Assembly: GCA_900617105.1 (NCBI GenBank)
Contig: UYFQ01000368.1
Coordinates: 1-60,074, forward strand
Origin: Hydrurus foetidus
Lineage: Eukaryota
DNA: 60,074 nt
Direction: 5' to 3'
Made by a program: the position numbers and the translations under genes
Shown: piece by piece, positions 1 through 9,357 of the stretch
How the letters are laid out: each line of letters starts with the position of its first letter
How positions within the stretch are numbered: position 1 is the first letter of the stretch
Notes under the pieces: model-generated
The model's input: only the letters and a program-made list of their open reading frames with translations
The model's database searches: none
Told to the model about the DNA's origin: nothing

Positions 1-2
1 AC

Positions 3-2063
3 CTTGTTTTAAAGATTAAAAAGTCTTGGATAGGCACCGACATTGTTACATTCTTCGGTTATGAAGTGCATCCAGGATCTTGGCAACTCTCTGATGCTAG
101 GAAAAGCGCTATCTCATCAATGATCTTCCCTACATCACAGAAGCAAATGCAAAGCTTCTTAGGGGCAGCCAACTTCTTCCATACACATATTCCCAACTTC
201 GCCTCGTGGGCATCTGCCTTGTACGAGTGTACAGCCACTGGTTTTAACTGGGATCAGTCAACATGGATTAAAGACTACGAACATCTCTTCGAACTCTTCA
301 AGGTCGCTATAACCGACTCCGTCACATTGCACTTCCCTGATTATACACTACCTTGGATCATACGATCCGACTCCTCCGACCATGCTGTAGGAGCCGTCCT
401 GTTTCAAGAGTTCACCGACTCCCAAGACATCATCATCCATCAGCCAATCGCCTTCGCCTCGCATAAGTACTCTGGTGCCGCTGTCAATTGGGACACATTC
501 AAGAAAGAAGCGTATGCCTTATACTACGCTGTAACTCAGTTTGGGTACTACCTCCGTGGTAAGTCATTCCTACTGGAGACTGACCATAGAAACTTAGTCT
601 GGATTGAGACCAGTCAAGTTCCCATAGTCGTCCGCTGGCGTGTTCTCCTACAAAGTTATGTCTTCACTGTTAAGCATATCCCTGGAAAGGACAACACTGT
701 GGCAGACTGGCTGTCGCGTATGCACCCTCTCACTCAACCACCATCCACTCTATCACCCATGTTACAATCCCTTACGACTAAAGACATGTTCGACGCGGTA
801 CACGGTGGCCGATCTCTACATCACGGTGCTAAACGTACCTATCTCGCCCTCTGTCGACGATTCCCTGGTCACGGCATCTCTGTACGTGTCGTCGAGGATC
901 TTGTGAATGAGTGCCCCATCTGTCAGAAGGACCGTCTTCCTTTGAAGACCATCCCGTACAACGAAATTCGGGAAACATTATTCCACCATCCTCGTTCAAT
1001 TGGGTTCGATCACGTCTCTGTTACTCCAGCTGACGAAGACGGCTACATTGGTCTACTTCTCGTTGTTGAACTTGATACCAAATTCCCACAAGCGTATCCT
1101 GTCAAAGACTACAGTGCCTACACAGCCGCTACTGTCTTGTTTAAGCACTACTGTACCTTTGGCACATACGACTCCATTTACTCCGACCCCGGTAGTGCTT
1201 TCACTGCCGACATCCTCGATCATCTTAATCGATGGCTTGGAATACCTCACCGCATATCTCTTGTTGGACGCCATGAGTCTAACGGCACTGAGCACGTTAA
1301 TGCCCTCTTTCTCGGACATCTTCGCAGGCTCGTCCATGACGAGCGATTCACCAACAAATGGGCCTCAGATACCGTGCTCCCTCTCATCAATCACGCAATG
1401 ATGACGATGCCTAACGCAGAGATAGGCGGTGTAACACCAGCTGAACTAAAATACGGAACTCGTGACTACGCTCGCTTTCACTTACCTCCTCCTCTATCAC
1501 CAGGTCACTCCTACGGTGATCTAGTGATTGCTCTTGACCGCAATCTCTCTGTTGTTCGATCCATAACATCATCGTACCAACAAACTCTCCGCCTTCAACG
1601 GCTAGCTAAAACACCGACACACAACAAATATCAACCCGGAGACTACCTTCTGTGGAACCCACTTGAGACCCCACAATCGTTTCGATCCACTAAACTTTCT
1701 CCGAAACTTCTTGGGCCCTACGAAGTAATAAAGCAAACTAAGAATGATATCACCTGCAGACACGTCATCACGAATATTGTCTCGAAGCTTCACTCCAGCC
1801 GCGTCACCCCATTCGTAGGCTCCTCCGATGCTGCGACTTCAGCAGCACTGCTCGATCGAGATGAGTACATTATTGATTCAGTCATAAGTCACAGAGGAAA
1901 TTCCAAACGAGTCACAAGTCTAGAATTCCTGATCAGGTGGCACAACTACTCATCAGAACATGACACATGGGAGCCATGGGCAGAAGTCAAAAAAGTGTCA
2001 GTTGTACATGACTATTTATATGCAAACAATATGTCTAATCTTGTCCCACGACAATACAAATAA
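3..2063 (+). CDS. pol: Gypsy Pol, partial: RT thumb - RNase H - integrase - chromodomain
   Basis: Frame open from window start. MQSFLGAANF (RT thumb); SDSSDHAVGAVL, EAYALY, ETDHRNL, NTVADWLSR (RNase H); H..H/CPIC zinc finger; GFDH, SDPGSAF, SNGTEH (DDE); LLGPYEV; YIIDSVISHR..FLIRW..DTWEP (chromodomain). Confidence 0.95.
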   Translation, partial: LVLKIKKSWIGTDIVTFFGYEVHPGSWQLSDARKSAISSMIFPTSQKQMQSFLGAANFFHTHIPNFASWASALYECTATGFNWDQSTWIKDYEHLFELFKVAITDSVTLHFPDYTLPWIIRSDSSDHAVGAVLFQEFTDSQDIIIHQPIAFASHKYSGAAVNWDTFKKEAYALYYAVTQFGYYLRGKSFLLETDHRNLVWIETSQVPIVVRWRVLLQSYVFTVKHIPGKDNTVADWLSRMHPLTQPPSTLSPMLQSLTTKDMFDAVHGGRSLHHGAKRTYLALCRRFPGHGISVRVVEDLVNECPICQKDRLPLKTIPYNEIRETLFHHPRSIGFDHVSVTPADEDGYIGLLLVVELDTKFPQAYPVKDYSAYTAATVLFKHYCTFGTYDSIYSDPGSAFTADILDHLNRWLGIPHRISLVGRHESNGTEHVNALFLGHLRRLVHDERFTNKWASDTVLPLINHAMMTMPNAEIGGVTPAELKYGTRDYARFHLPPPLSPGHSYGDLVIALDRNLSVVRSITSSYQQTLRLQRLAKTPTHNKYQPGDYLLWNPLETPQSFRSTKLSPKLLGPYEVIKQTKNDITCRHVITNIVSKLHSSRVTPFVGSSDAATSAALLDRDEYIIDSVISHRGNSKRVTSLEFLIRWHNYSSEHDTWEPWAEVKKVSVVHDYLYANNMSNLVPRQYK

Positions 2064-2724
2064 ACATCTACATGCAAATGACATGTCAAACAATGTTAAT
2101 TCTACACAATAGTCCTACACGACAACACTCATATGTATTCAATATGCATATGACACATCAATAAATTACTATTCTACATGTTTTCCATTTGATAAATATT
2201 CATACACATCGAAATTCAATTACCCACAATCACACTAATAAATTGACAACTACACACATCATACAATTCACATAACATGTCAAACAACAATTTTACTTCA
2301 TGTATTCTATGTGTAAGTTATTAACAACGCATGTCAAAATATATTTACACACATCAAATAATAATTCCATACTATACGATAGTTACGCACGACATAAATA
2401 CGCATTTCAAATGATTAAATAATTTATTCTGCACATTTATAACAATTAAATAGGTCCTTTGACAAATTTAAAATAATCATGTGAGTCGTTTTAAAAATTA
2501 AAAATAACAAATTTAAATATGTTACATACGTGAAATAAATAATTAAATCTATTTTACAACAATATATCAAATTCTTACCTTAAAGTAATCCGCCGATGAC
2601 ATCCATAAGCTCATACCAAGCGTCTGAGGCTTGACCACATTCCTTTTCCAACTCATTGAAGCATAGCCGAAGCTATAATGTGAGGACGGCATTCAAAATG
2701 TGGGCTTGCCCCCTAAAATAAACT

Positions 2725-3363
2725 CTACTTAATTATCTTTGACTTGTTACCCTTCTCATACAAATCGAAATAATAACAATTCGTCAAATCAATCATTTTG
2801 CTTGCCAAATTCAGAACATTATATTTAATGCTACCATTAGTGCATGCATTATCAAAAATTCTGACGCCGTTTTCATCACTACGAATGCTAATGGCGTGAT
2901 CCATCCTGCTTAATCCCTTGGCCACCATGCTGTAAATCTCCAATTCTTCACCCACGCAATTTGCTTTTTTAATCCTCTTCAACAGTGCCGTGTGCAACTT
3001 GTTCAACCATTTTGCTTTGCCATATACCACATAAATTCCCTTCTTGTTTACAACTGTCTTCTCTATCGAATGTGCATTCCACCGACGACTCTTTCCATGC
3101 CTTCCTGTGACTCTCCGAAACTCGTACTTTAACTTAATCCCAAGCTCTTTGTTCCTAGCACACACATACTTCAGATACGTCGATGCGTCTTCGACAGATG
3201 CTCCGTAATGAAGCTTGTCGTCTATATTCAATCCCAATGATTTTTTGAATGTGTTGCCTGCGTCATCGCCCAACCTCATCCACTGCTGTTGCATCGCTGA
3301 CAGCGGTAGAACCATTGCCGCCGCCATGCATAAATTCGTCGATGGAAGAAATTCACCTGACAT
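2725..3363 (-). CDS. Antisense cargo ORF, 212 aa, putative papain-like cysteine peptidase
   Basis: Intact ATG-to-stop ORF between pol stop and PPT. Candidate triad C12 (NLCMAAAM), H156 (DHAISI), D171 (RIFDNA), plus GASVEDASTYL helix motif. Confidence 0.6.
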   Translation of the reverse strand: MSGEFLPSTNLCMAAAMVLPLSAMQQQWMRLGDDAGNTFKKSLGLNIDDKLHYGASVEDASTYLKYVCARNKELGIKLKYEFRRVTGRHGKSRRWNAHSIEKTVVNKKGIYVVYGKAKWLNKLHTALLKRIKKANCVGEELEIYSMVAKGLSRMDHAISIRSDENGVRIFDNACTNGSIKYNVLNLASKMIDLTNCYYFDLYEKGNKSKIIK

Positions 3364-4031
3364 TTTGCTATATTGTAACCCTCCTAGTGTATTGGTGAAG
3401 TTGTAACTTCAATATGTGCTGAGTGCTGAGTAGTAGAGTATTTCGCGTCGCGAAATTTTTCCTTTCTTGGAATGTCCATTTTGGAGGCACGTCACGTTTC
3501 CTGCCGGGCCCTGAAAAGTGCCATGAATAATTTTTGCGCCACACCTGTTTGTCTAATTTTCACTTCAGCTGCATTTTGCAGGGGTTCGAACCCGTCAACT
3601 TCCACCCAACCACTTATTTTAAATTAAGCTATTATAGCGATACAATTTCATAAACGAACTCACAGAGATGTAGTAATGACTTTGTATTTATTCGTTTCCA
3701 ACCCTAATCACACTTTTCATCCGGAATGGGGTGGTGTTATAGTCTCCACTATATATTACTCACACGTACGTACAGTCACATTGAACTTTGCTTGTAACCA
3801 CTAGTTTTCGAACCAGTTTTCAATTTCTGATTGTTCGGAAACTTCAAGTTGCAGTGTGCTCGTATAGCTCTAATCTCGCACTCCTTTCACACCTTAATTA
3901 ACTACCGTTATTAAACCACCCAAACCAACTTTGACTCAATTGAGTCAGCCAATCTCCTTGATCAGTCCCATTTGACTGACAAGCCAACCTGTTGTGCCCA
4001 TTTGCCCAACTTGAAATTCAAAGCTTCGTCT

Positions 4032-4313
4032 TCAGCCAGTTGCTGAAACCGTGACACAGCATACCTCTGCCGCTTCTTCCTCTTCTTCAGAGCTCGAGCT
4101 TTCCGACGATGAATCTGCAGGGTAATCCCTGTATGAAACTCTCGGAAGCTCATATCTCACGTTTGTGGTGAAGAACATGCCCACTATCCCGTATAGTTCG
4201 GTCACGACCGTCTGCATGTGCTCTCTCCATTTAATTATATTGTTGTGTTTGCCGTATTGAAGCGTACACTCCTCTGTACTTTTCAAGGCTTCTGCGGCGC
4301 GTTTAGGAGGCAT
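4032..4313 (-). pseudogene. Truncated gag N-terminus of a Ty1/Copia-like element
   Basis: MPPKRAAE..LQYGKHNNIIKWREHMQTVVTELYG resembles Copia-type gag starts. Lies directly downstream of an LTR-like segment; ends after an acidic S/E tract. Confidence 0.5.
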
Positions 4314-4337
4314 TGGAATGCCTGTCGCAGTCAATTA

Positions 4338-4672
4338 TGTTGACGGATCTTCGGTTTGGGTCACAGGTACGGCACTCGTTGTATAGTGGTTGAAGATCGC
4401 TCGGTCAAGACTCGTGGAATAAGCTTGTATATGCAGTAAACACTTGTTAATTGACTGTGCTTCATCCCTGCTGAAGTCCCCGAGTCCCTTTCAACGCAAC
4501 AACAAAAGTCATTCCTACTCTACGCTTGAAGTACAGAGACGATGCACGGGTCCATCCATCGTCGACACGCATGTACGCACACACACACACACACACAAAT
4601 TAATCCGTACGCCCGTACGAATGCATAAGTACACAGATTGTGTCCGTGTCATAAACTACGATATCTCCAACA
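4338..4672 (-). mobile_element. LTR-like segment (TGTTG...CAACA, 335 bp) of the Copia-like remnant
   Basis: 5-bp terminal inverted repeat. On the minus strand it is followed by TAATTGACTGCGACAGG and then the gag ATG. Confidence 0.5.
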
Positions 4673-4822
4673 CGCCACCCAGCCCTAGGTGTTACGGACC
4701 AAGAAATGCATTAAACATTAAACACGACCTTTGAGATCGAGATGGTTCTGAAACAGGTAATTTTAACATCCCTCCAACATCTGAAGGAAATGAGTTTCTG
4801 ACATCTCCTAGGGGATTGCATT

Positions 4823-6037
4823 ATGAACGATCGTCATTTTGTTCACTTCGTGGAGCTCGCATTACTTCTTGCGACGTATGTCATCCACACGACCCAGGGG
4901 AAAAATTTACTTCTCATTGGAGATAGTATCGACAGATACGTTGTCACTAACTGGTGCAAGGAACATGGATTGAAGAAGTCCGCGCACGTGTGGGGAACTT
5001 CTAATATTGGCATCCAAAAGGGATCGAAGCAGTCCTCAGCATTCTGTAAAAGTTCAGCAGGACATAATTTTGCATCTATCCATATATTCGGTTCATCTGA
5101 GGGACCTTACTTATGGATCAATAAGGACAAGTTTACCGCCACTTCACTGAGAACGAAGATGGCCATAGAGCAATTCCAGCAGATGCGTCCCCTGGACGAA
5201 GTGATTTTCAGCGCCGCTCTCTGGGATATGAGACCTCAGCACGTTCTAGAAAATTTTGGAAGCAAGGGGAATTATTACTTTGATGCAGACCTCTACATGC
5301 GAAATCTGAGTGCAATAGAATACGACACCGAGAAACGTCTTGATGAGATAGTCACTTTGATCGGAGATAAAGTTCAGTTAGGACTGAGAACTACTGCTTG
5401 GTCGCCTGGTTATGTGCACGCCGGTGACGGTGCGATGTTCCGGGAGTATAATGAAATGCTGCGAAGATTATCGATCTCAAGAAATCTGACCTTATACGAC
5501 TATGATAGCGATATGTGGTCCTCCGTGAATTACAATTACTCGCAGCATGATGCGCTATTTCTAGATAATATCCATCCTAAACATGAGATAAGCCTTCTAG
5601 TCGGAGAAAAATTGGTCGGTCAGAGATTTTCAAAATTTTATCACACTAGGAGGGGTCCATCTGTGACAGTCTGTTCTAATCCGAACGCATCCTCTTGGTC
5701 ATCCTCTTCTTCATCACATCAAAACACTGATAACTTGCTCCATAGATGCTCGAATCTGACTATATCTTTGATAGCGGAAAGTAGCTCTGATAATCAAGCT
5801 TATTCCAATTCACCTTTTCAAATAGGGGCAAATAGACAGGAGTCACTGGAGGCAATCGATTTCAATAACCTCTACTACTCGGAGATGATAAATGGCACGA
5901 GGCTCTTGTGGAGTAACTTAACTTCTGCTTTTTTGTACAATCGCACTCTCGGGCCGGGAGATATCTTCAGAGTTCCGAACAATGTTTTGAAGACTTTGGT
6001 AAATCTTGGTCCTATACCACACGTAGTTATGAAATGA
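4823..6037 (+). CDS. Secreted/membrane SGNH-hydrolase family protein (PC-esterase/TBL/NXPE-like O-acyl esterase or transferase)
   Basis: N-terminal hydrophobic signal, LLLIGDSIDR (GDS block), FLDNIHP (DxxH); intronless 404-aa ORF. Confidence 0.8.
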   Translation: MNDRHFVHFVELALLLATYVIHTTQGKNLLLIGDSIDRYVVTNWCKEHGLKKSAHVWGTSNIGIQKGSKQSSAFCKSSAGHNFASIHIFGSSEGPYLWINKDKFTATSLRTKMAIEQFQQMRPLDEVIFSAALWDMRPQHVLENFGSKGNYYFDADLYMRNLSAIEYDTEKRLDEIVTLIGDKVQLGLRTTAWSPGYVHAGDGAMFREYNEMLRRLSISRNLTLYDYDSDMWSSVNYNYSQHDALFLDNIHPKHEISLLVGEKLVGQRFSKFYHTRRGPSVTVCSNPNASSWSSSSSSHQNTDNLLHRCSNLTISLIAESSSDNQAYSNSPFQIGANRQESLEAIDFNNLYYSEMINGTRLLWSNLTSAFLYNRTLGPGDIFRVPNNVLKTLVNLGPIPHVVMK

Positions 6038-7304
6038 TATTTAACGTAATGATATGACACTATTCATAATATCACCTTTTATCTCCTGTATTATATGGCT
6101 ATGATATTATTCACATCACATTTTACCTCCATAACTTCACTTTTCGTCTATATAGTCGACATAATTTTTTCAGCTAAACTGCCAATTCTGACAGTTTTTG
6201 ACATTTCTTTGTTTTAAATTGTTTCGATCCCCAAGTACCAAAAAAAAGTAGAGAAGTATTGGAAGAAAACATCAAACATTTCTCTAGGGTGGTAGTGTAG
6301 CTTACAGATTACTGGGTAGCGCTACATCGGAAAATACAGTGTGGAGCGATGTGGAGGTTTTTCTGTAGCGGTACTATAGCTACGCAGATGACGTTTTAAA
6401 ATACAAAATATCGATATTTCAGAAGGGTACATTGACGATTAAACAGTTAGGTAGAGCAGATCAGATCTCGCGATCATCTCCATCGACGCCACAGATGGAG
6501 ATATGTTGTGCACATTGATAGCCCACTGTGCAGCATGCGAGAAAGTCAAATCGGGAAGCAACGTCCTGCCCGTCTCAATTCAATCTCATTCTAGAGATTA
6601 AAACCCCTGTGACGCGCGGTGATATATATCCCTCGATAAGATAAATAAAATCGATAGGAGCCTTCAGATAATGTGCTTGATGAAAGAGATCATGCGGTTT
6701 TCGAAACATTACCTCTGTAGATAAAGCCAACACAGAAACAGCAGTTGAGAGTTGAGTCTAATTAGTAAAGATATTAAACATGAATTGAATTGAATTGAAT
6801 TGAACAGAAATGATGTTAGTTACCTGCACTGACTCTAGCCCATCTTGAAAAGTTACTGTTTCAGATGTGTCCGACATCTTTCATGACCGATAAAATGATA
6901 GAATTGAGGCCAGACGGTTAGAATTTTAGAATGAAGAAAAGTTTCCTTTCCGCGTATCTGGTTGGAATTGTGCCGATAATCATAATTTGCATCAGTCGAC
7001 ATCATCATCCACTTCTTTTCTGATGCTCAGTAAAGGCCAGGACCAGTACATCCCTCTGATTCGCTTTCAATCTCGATAGAGCGCATGCAGCACACAGTGC
7101 ATTACATCGATCTCATCTCATCTCGTCTCATCTCATTTCATTTCATTTCATTTCAACTGCGCGATGAATATAGGGAAGTCATTCATTGAGCGGACTCTCG
7201 GTAATAGTCTGTCATATAGTGACGATTGTTACGCAGTCAAGATGGGGCTTGCAGCTTATCGTGATCCATACTCTAAGCTGAACCCTTTCTAACCTGAGGG
7301 GTGC

Positions 7305-8054
7305 TCATGCTGATGTTGATCCATGCCGACTTTCCACATGCGTCCTCGTCTGTTGCTGAGACTCCCTTGTTGTGCTGTACGACTGAAATGACATCTGGAA
7401 GTCCTCAAGCTCATTGAGTAATCTATCAGCAGATTCATAGTGGCCATGTCGTTGCAGAAGTGATGCACAAACTTCCGCTGTGCACAGCAGATTCGAAGCA
7501 GTATTTTGCGGTGCCTCAATTGCGTCTTCTGCTGCAGAAAGGGCAGGACTGCTTTCAGTAAAACCGAAACGATCGATGTATCCAAAGTTGCCCCGCAGCC
7601 TGTACGTGCTTCTAAAATTTGGCTGCAATGACATTCGGGGTATGCTGCGCAAGCAATGGGGTCCCTGCCGGAACATCTTTTTGGCTTCCTGCCAGGTACC
7701 ATCAAGAATGATATATGTTGGTCCTTCGGATGGTGCCACAACATCCGATATATGCGTGACTTTTGCGGCATCGGTCCAAATCAGTATTGGCTGATTTAGC
7801 TGGGAAATTACATCCGATACTTTCAGATTGTCGCCACGACCCTCCCATAAAAGAACTTCAGTTTTCTCAACAAGTTCTGGGGCTGTCTTCAACATAGTAT
7901 CTTTCAGTAAAAGTTTCCCAGTGTTTGTTACCCGGAGCATCTCGTTTGAGTGAGTCAGCAGAAGTATTCTAAATGATAGCATGCATCGGGGCCAGATGGC
8001 TAGGATCACAAGCCAAAGAAGGATGAGGCGTTGTGGGAAAGGTTGACATCTCAT
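7305..8054 (-). CDS. DTW-domain protein (tRNA-uridine aminocarboxypropyltransferase, TapT/DTWD2-like)
   Basis: LLTHSNE..TNTGKL, IILDGTWQEAKKMFR, YRLR, LCTAEV motifs. ATG at 8054 gives a hydrophobic N-terminal presequence. Confidence 0.88.
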   Translation of the reverse strand: MRCQPFPQRLILLWLVILAIWPRCMLSFRILLLTHSNEMLRVTNTGKLLLKDTMLKTAPELVEKTEVLLWEGRGDNLKVSDVISQLNQPILIWTDAAKVTHISDVVAPSEGPTYIILDGTWQEAKKMFRQGPHCLRSIPRMSLQPNFRSTYRLRGNFGYIDRFGFTESSPALSAAEDAIEAPQNTASNLLCTAEVCASLLQRHGHYESADRLLNELEDFQMSFQSYSTTRESQQQTRTHVESRHGSTSA

Positions 8055-8379
8055 GTTTCTCGTAACCCTCGTCAATCTCCTCGTCACTTGATCAACGAGA
8101 TTGCAGCTGGCGGCGTGGCCTATGAAATGTTTTGAAAGAAGTTTCAAAGAGAACAGAGAACTGCACTACAGTAGAGTAGAACTCTGTACTCTGTACGCTT
8201 TATCTGTATACTACACGAGGTACAAAGTACAAAGTACAAAAAAACACTTCATTTCCCATGTAGTCACGGAAATGGAGAAAGGGAGAGTCAAGGAAGGTAC
8301 AGTAGGCTTAGTTACAGTGTCTAGACTAGAAGCTAGTTAACCTCTACGTGAACGCTGCAGATAGCCTCGACGATACAAC

Positions 8380-8894
8380 TTGGCATTTCGCGATTATGCT
8401 AGCATATGCTTAGCATAATTTGGCCCTACGGGGATTTTGGATTATGCTAGCATAATGAGTGGCATAATTTGACTCAAATTTGCACCAACTGGCATAATTT
8501 GATCCGAATGGCATAATTCAGGTCATGAAGTAGCATAATTGCAGTTTAAGCAGCATATTAGAAGCAGAAACCCCATACGGTATACCCCGTATAGAGGTTT
8601 ACCGGGTATACCGGGTATACCGGTATACCCGGTATACTCGGTGTAATTAGCGAATGCACCCGGTATATCCGGTATATTTGGCAAATTGTGCACCCGATAG
8701 ACCCGTTATATCCGGTATACGGTAAAATTTATTTAGCTTCTGGTGGCATAATTTAGCTCCAAGTGGCATAAATTAGCTTCCAAGTGGCATAATAAGTTTA
8801 CAAGGTGGCATAATTCCTCCAAATAAGGATAAAAAAAGACATAATTTATGCTAGCATAATTTCAAAAACGAGTGGCATAATCGCGAAATGCCAA
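8380..8894. mobile_element. Non-autonomous DNA transposon (MITE) inserted in the LTR of B
   Basis: TIR TTGGCATTTCGCGATTATGC / GCATAATCGCGAAATGCCAA; duplicated target GATACAAC (8372-8379, 8895-8902), single copy in related LTRs; internal GCATAAT and CCGGGTATA repeats. Confidence 0.92.
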
Positions 8895-9357
8895 GATACA
8901 ACAGCCTGACTGTAGTGTACAGTAGTAGTACCCGGTAGGATCCGGTAGAGTCGGTAACCGGTAGGACCGGGACCTTGGTCCCGATACTATCACATTACCC
9001 CCACTTTTCTTTCTTTCTAAGAAAATCTAAGCTAAATCTAAATTAAATCTAAACTCCCGTCTCTTTGCAAAACTCAATATATAACTTAATCGAAAAAGAA
9101 AATGTACAAAAATTTACGAACTCGAAAATAAGACTAATAAAAGTGAACATAAAAAGTATTACAAAAGAAAAATTAGCAGAGAATTAGGGTTCGATGTAGA
9201 TAGATTAGGTGGGGTTGTACAAAACAGATTCATTCTGTTGTAAGAGGGTCGAAAGTGTAATAATGTCAGATTTTTACTGACTAAAAAACCATAAAAATCC
9301 CTTAGAGAAAGGTAAAAATAAAGGTTTAAAAATCTTCAACAGATAATACGTTCGAAC

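Larger units (their letters stand above)
1..3960 (+). mobile_element. Ty3/Gypsy chromodomain LTR retrotransposon A (3' part; 5' end outside window)
   Basis: Pol C-terminus, long 3' region with antisense ORF, polypurine tract GGAATGGGGTGG (3723-3734), then TGTTATAG at 3735 as probable 3' LTR start. LTR right end not resolved. Confidence 0.85.

Noticed and set aside
2579..2712. Exon-like GC-richer block on the minus strand (TTTTAG|...AG|GTAAGA) downstream of the antisense ORF
   Set aside because: All three frames contain a stop; at most a UTR exon or decayed coding remnant.
3578..3596. GGGTTCGAACCC B-box or tRNA T-loop-like motif in element A
   Set aside because: No cloverleaf, A-box or full T-stem could be built.
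6460..6880. Possible small spliced gene on the minus strand (MSDTSETVTFQDGLESVQ|GTAACT)
   Set aside because: No consistent downstream exon or recognisable product.
8390..8880. Spaced GCATAAT repeats resembling a CRISPR array or iterons
   Set aside because: Units are too short and irregular, lie inside MITE TIRs, and the context is eukaryotic with no cas genes.
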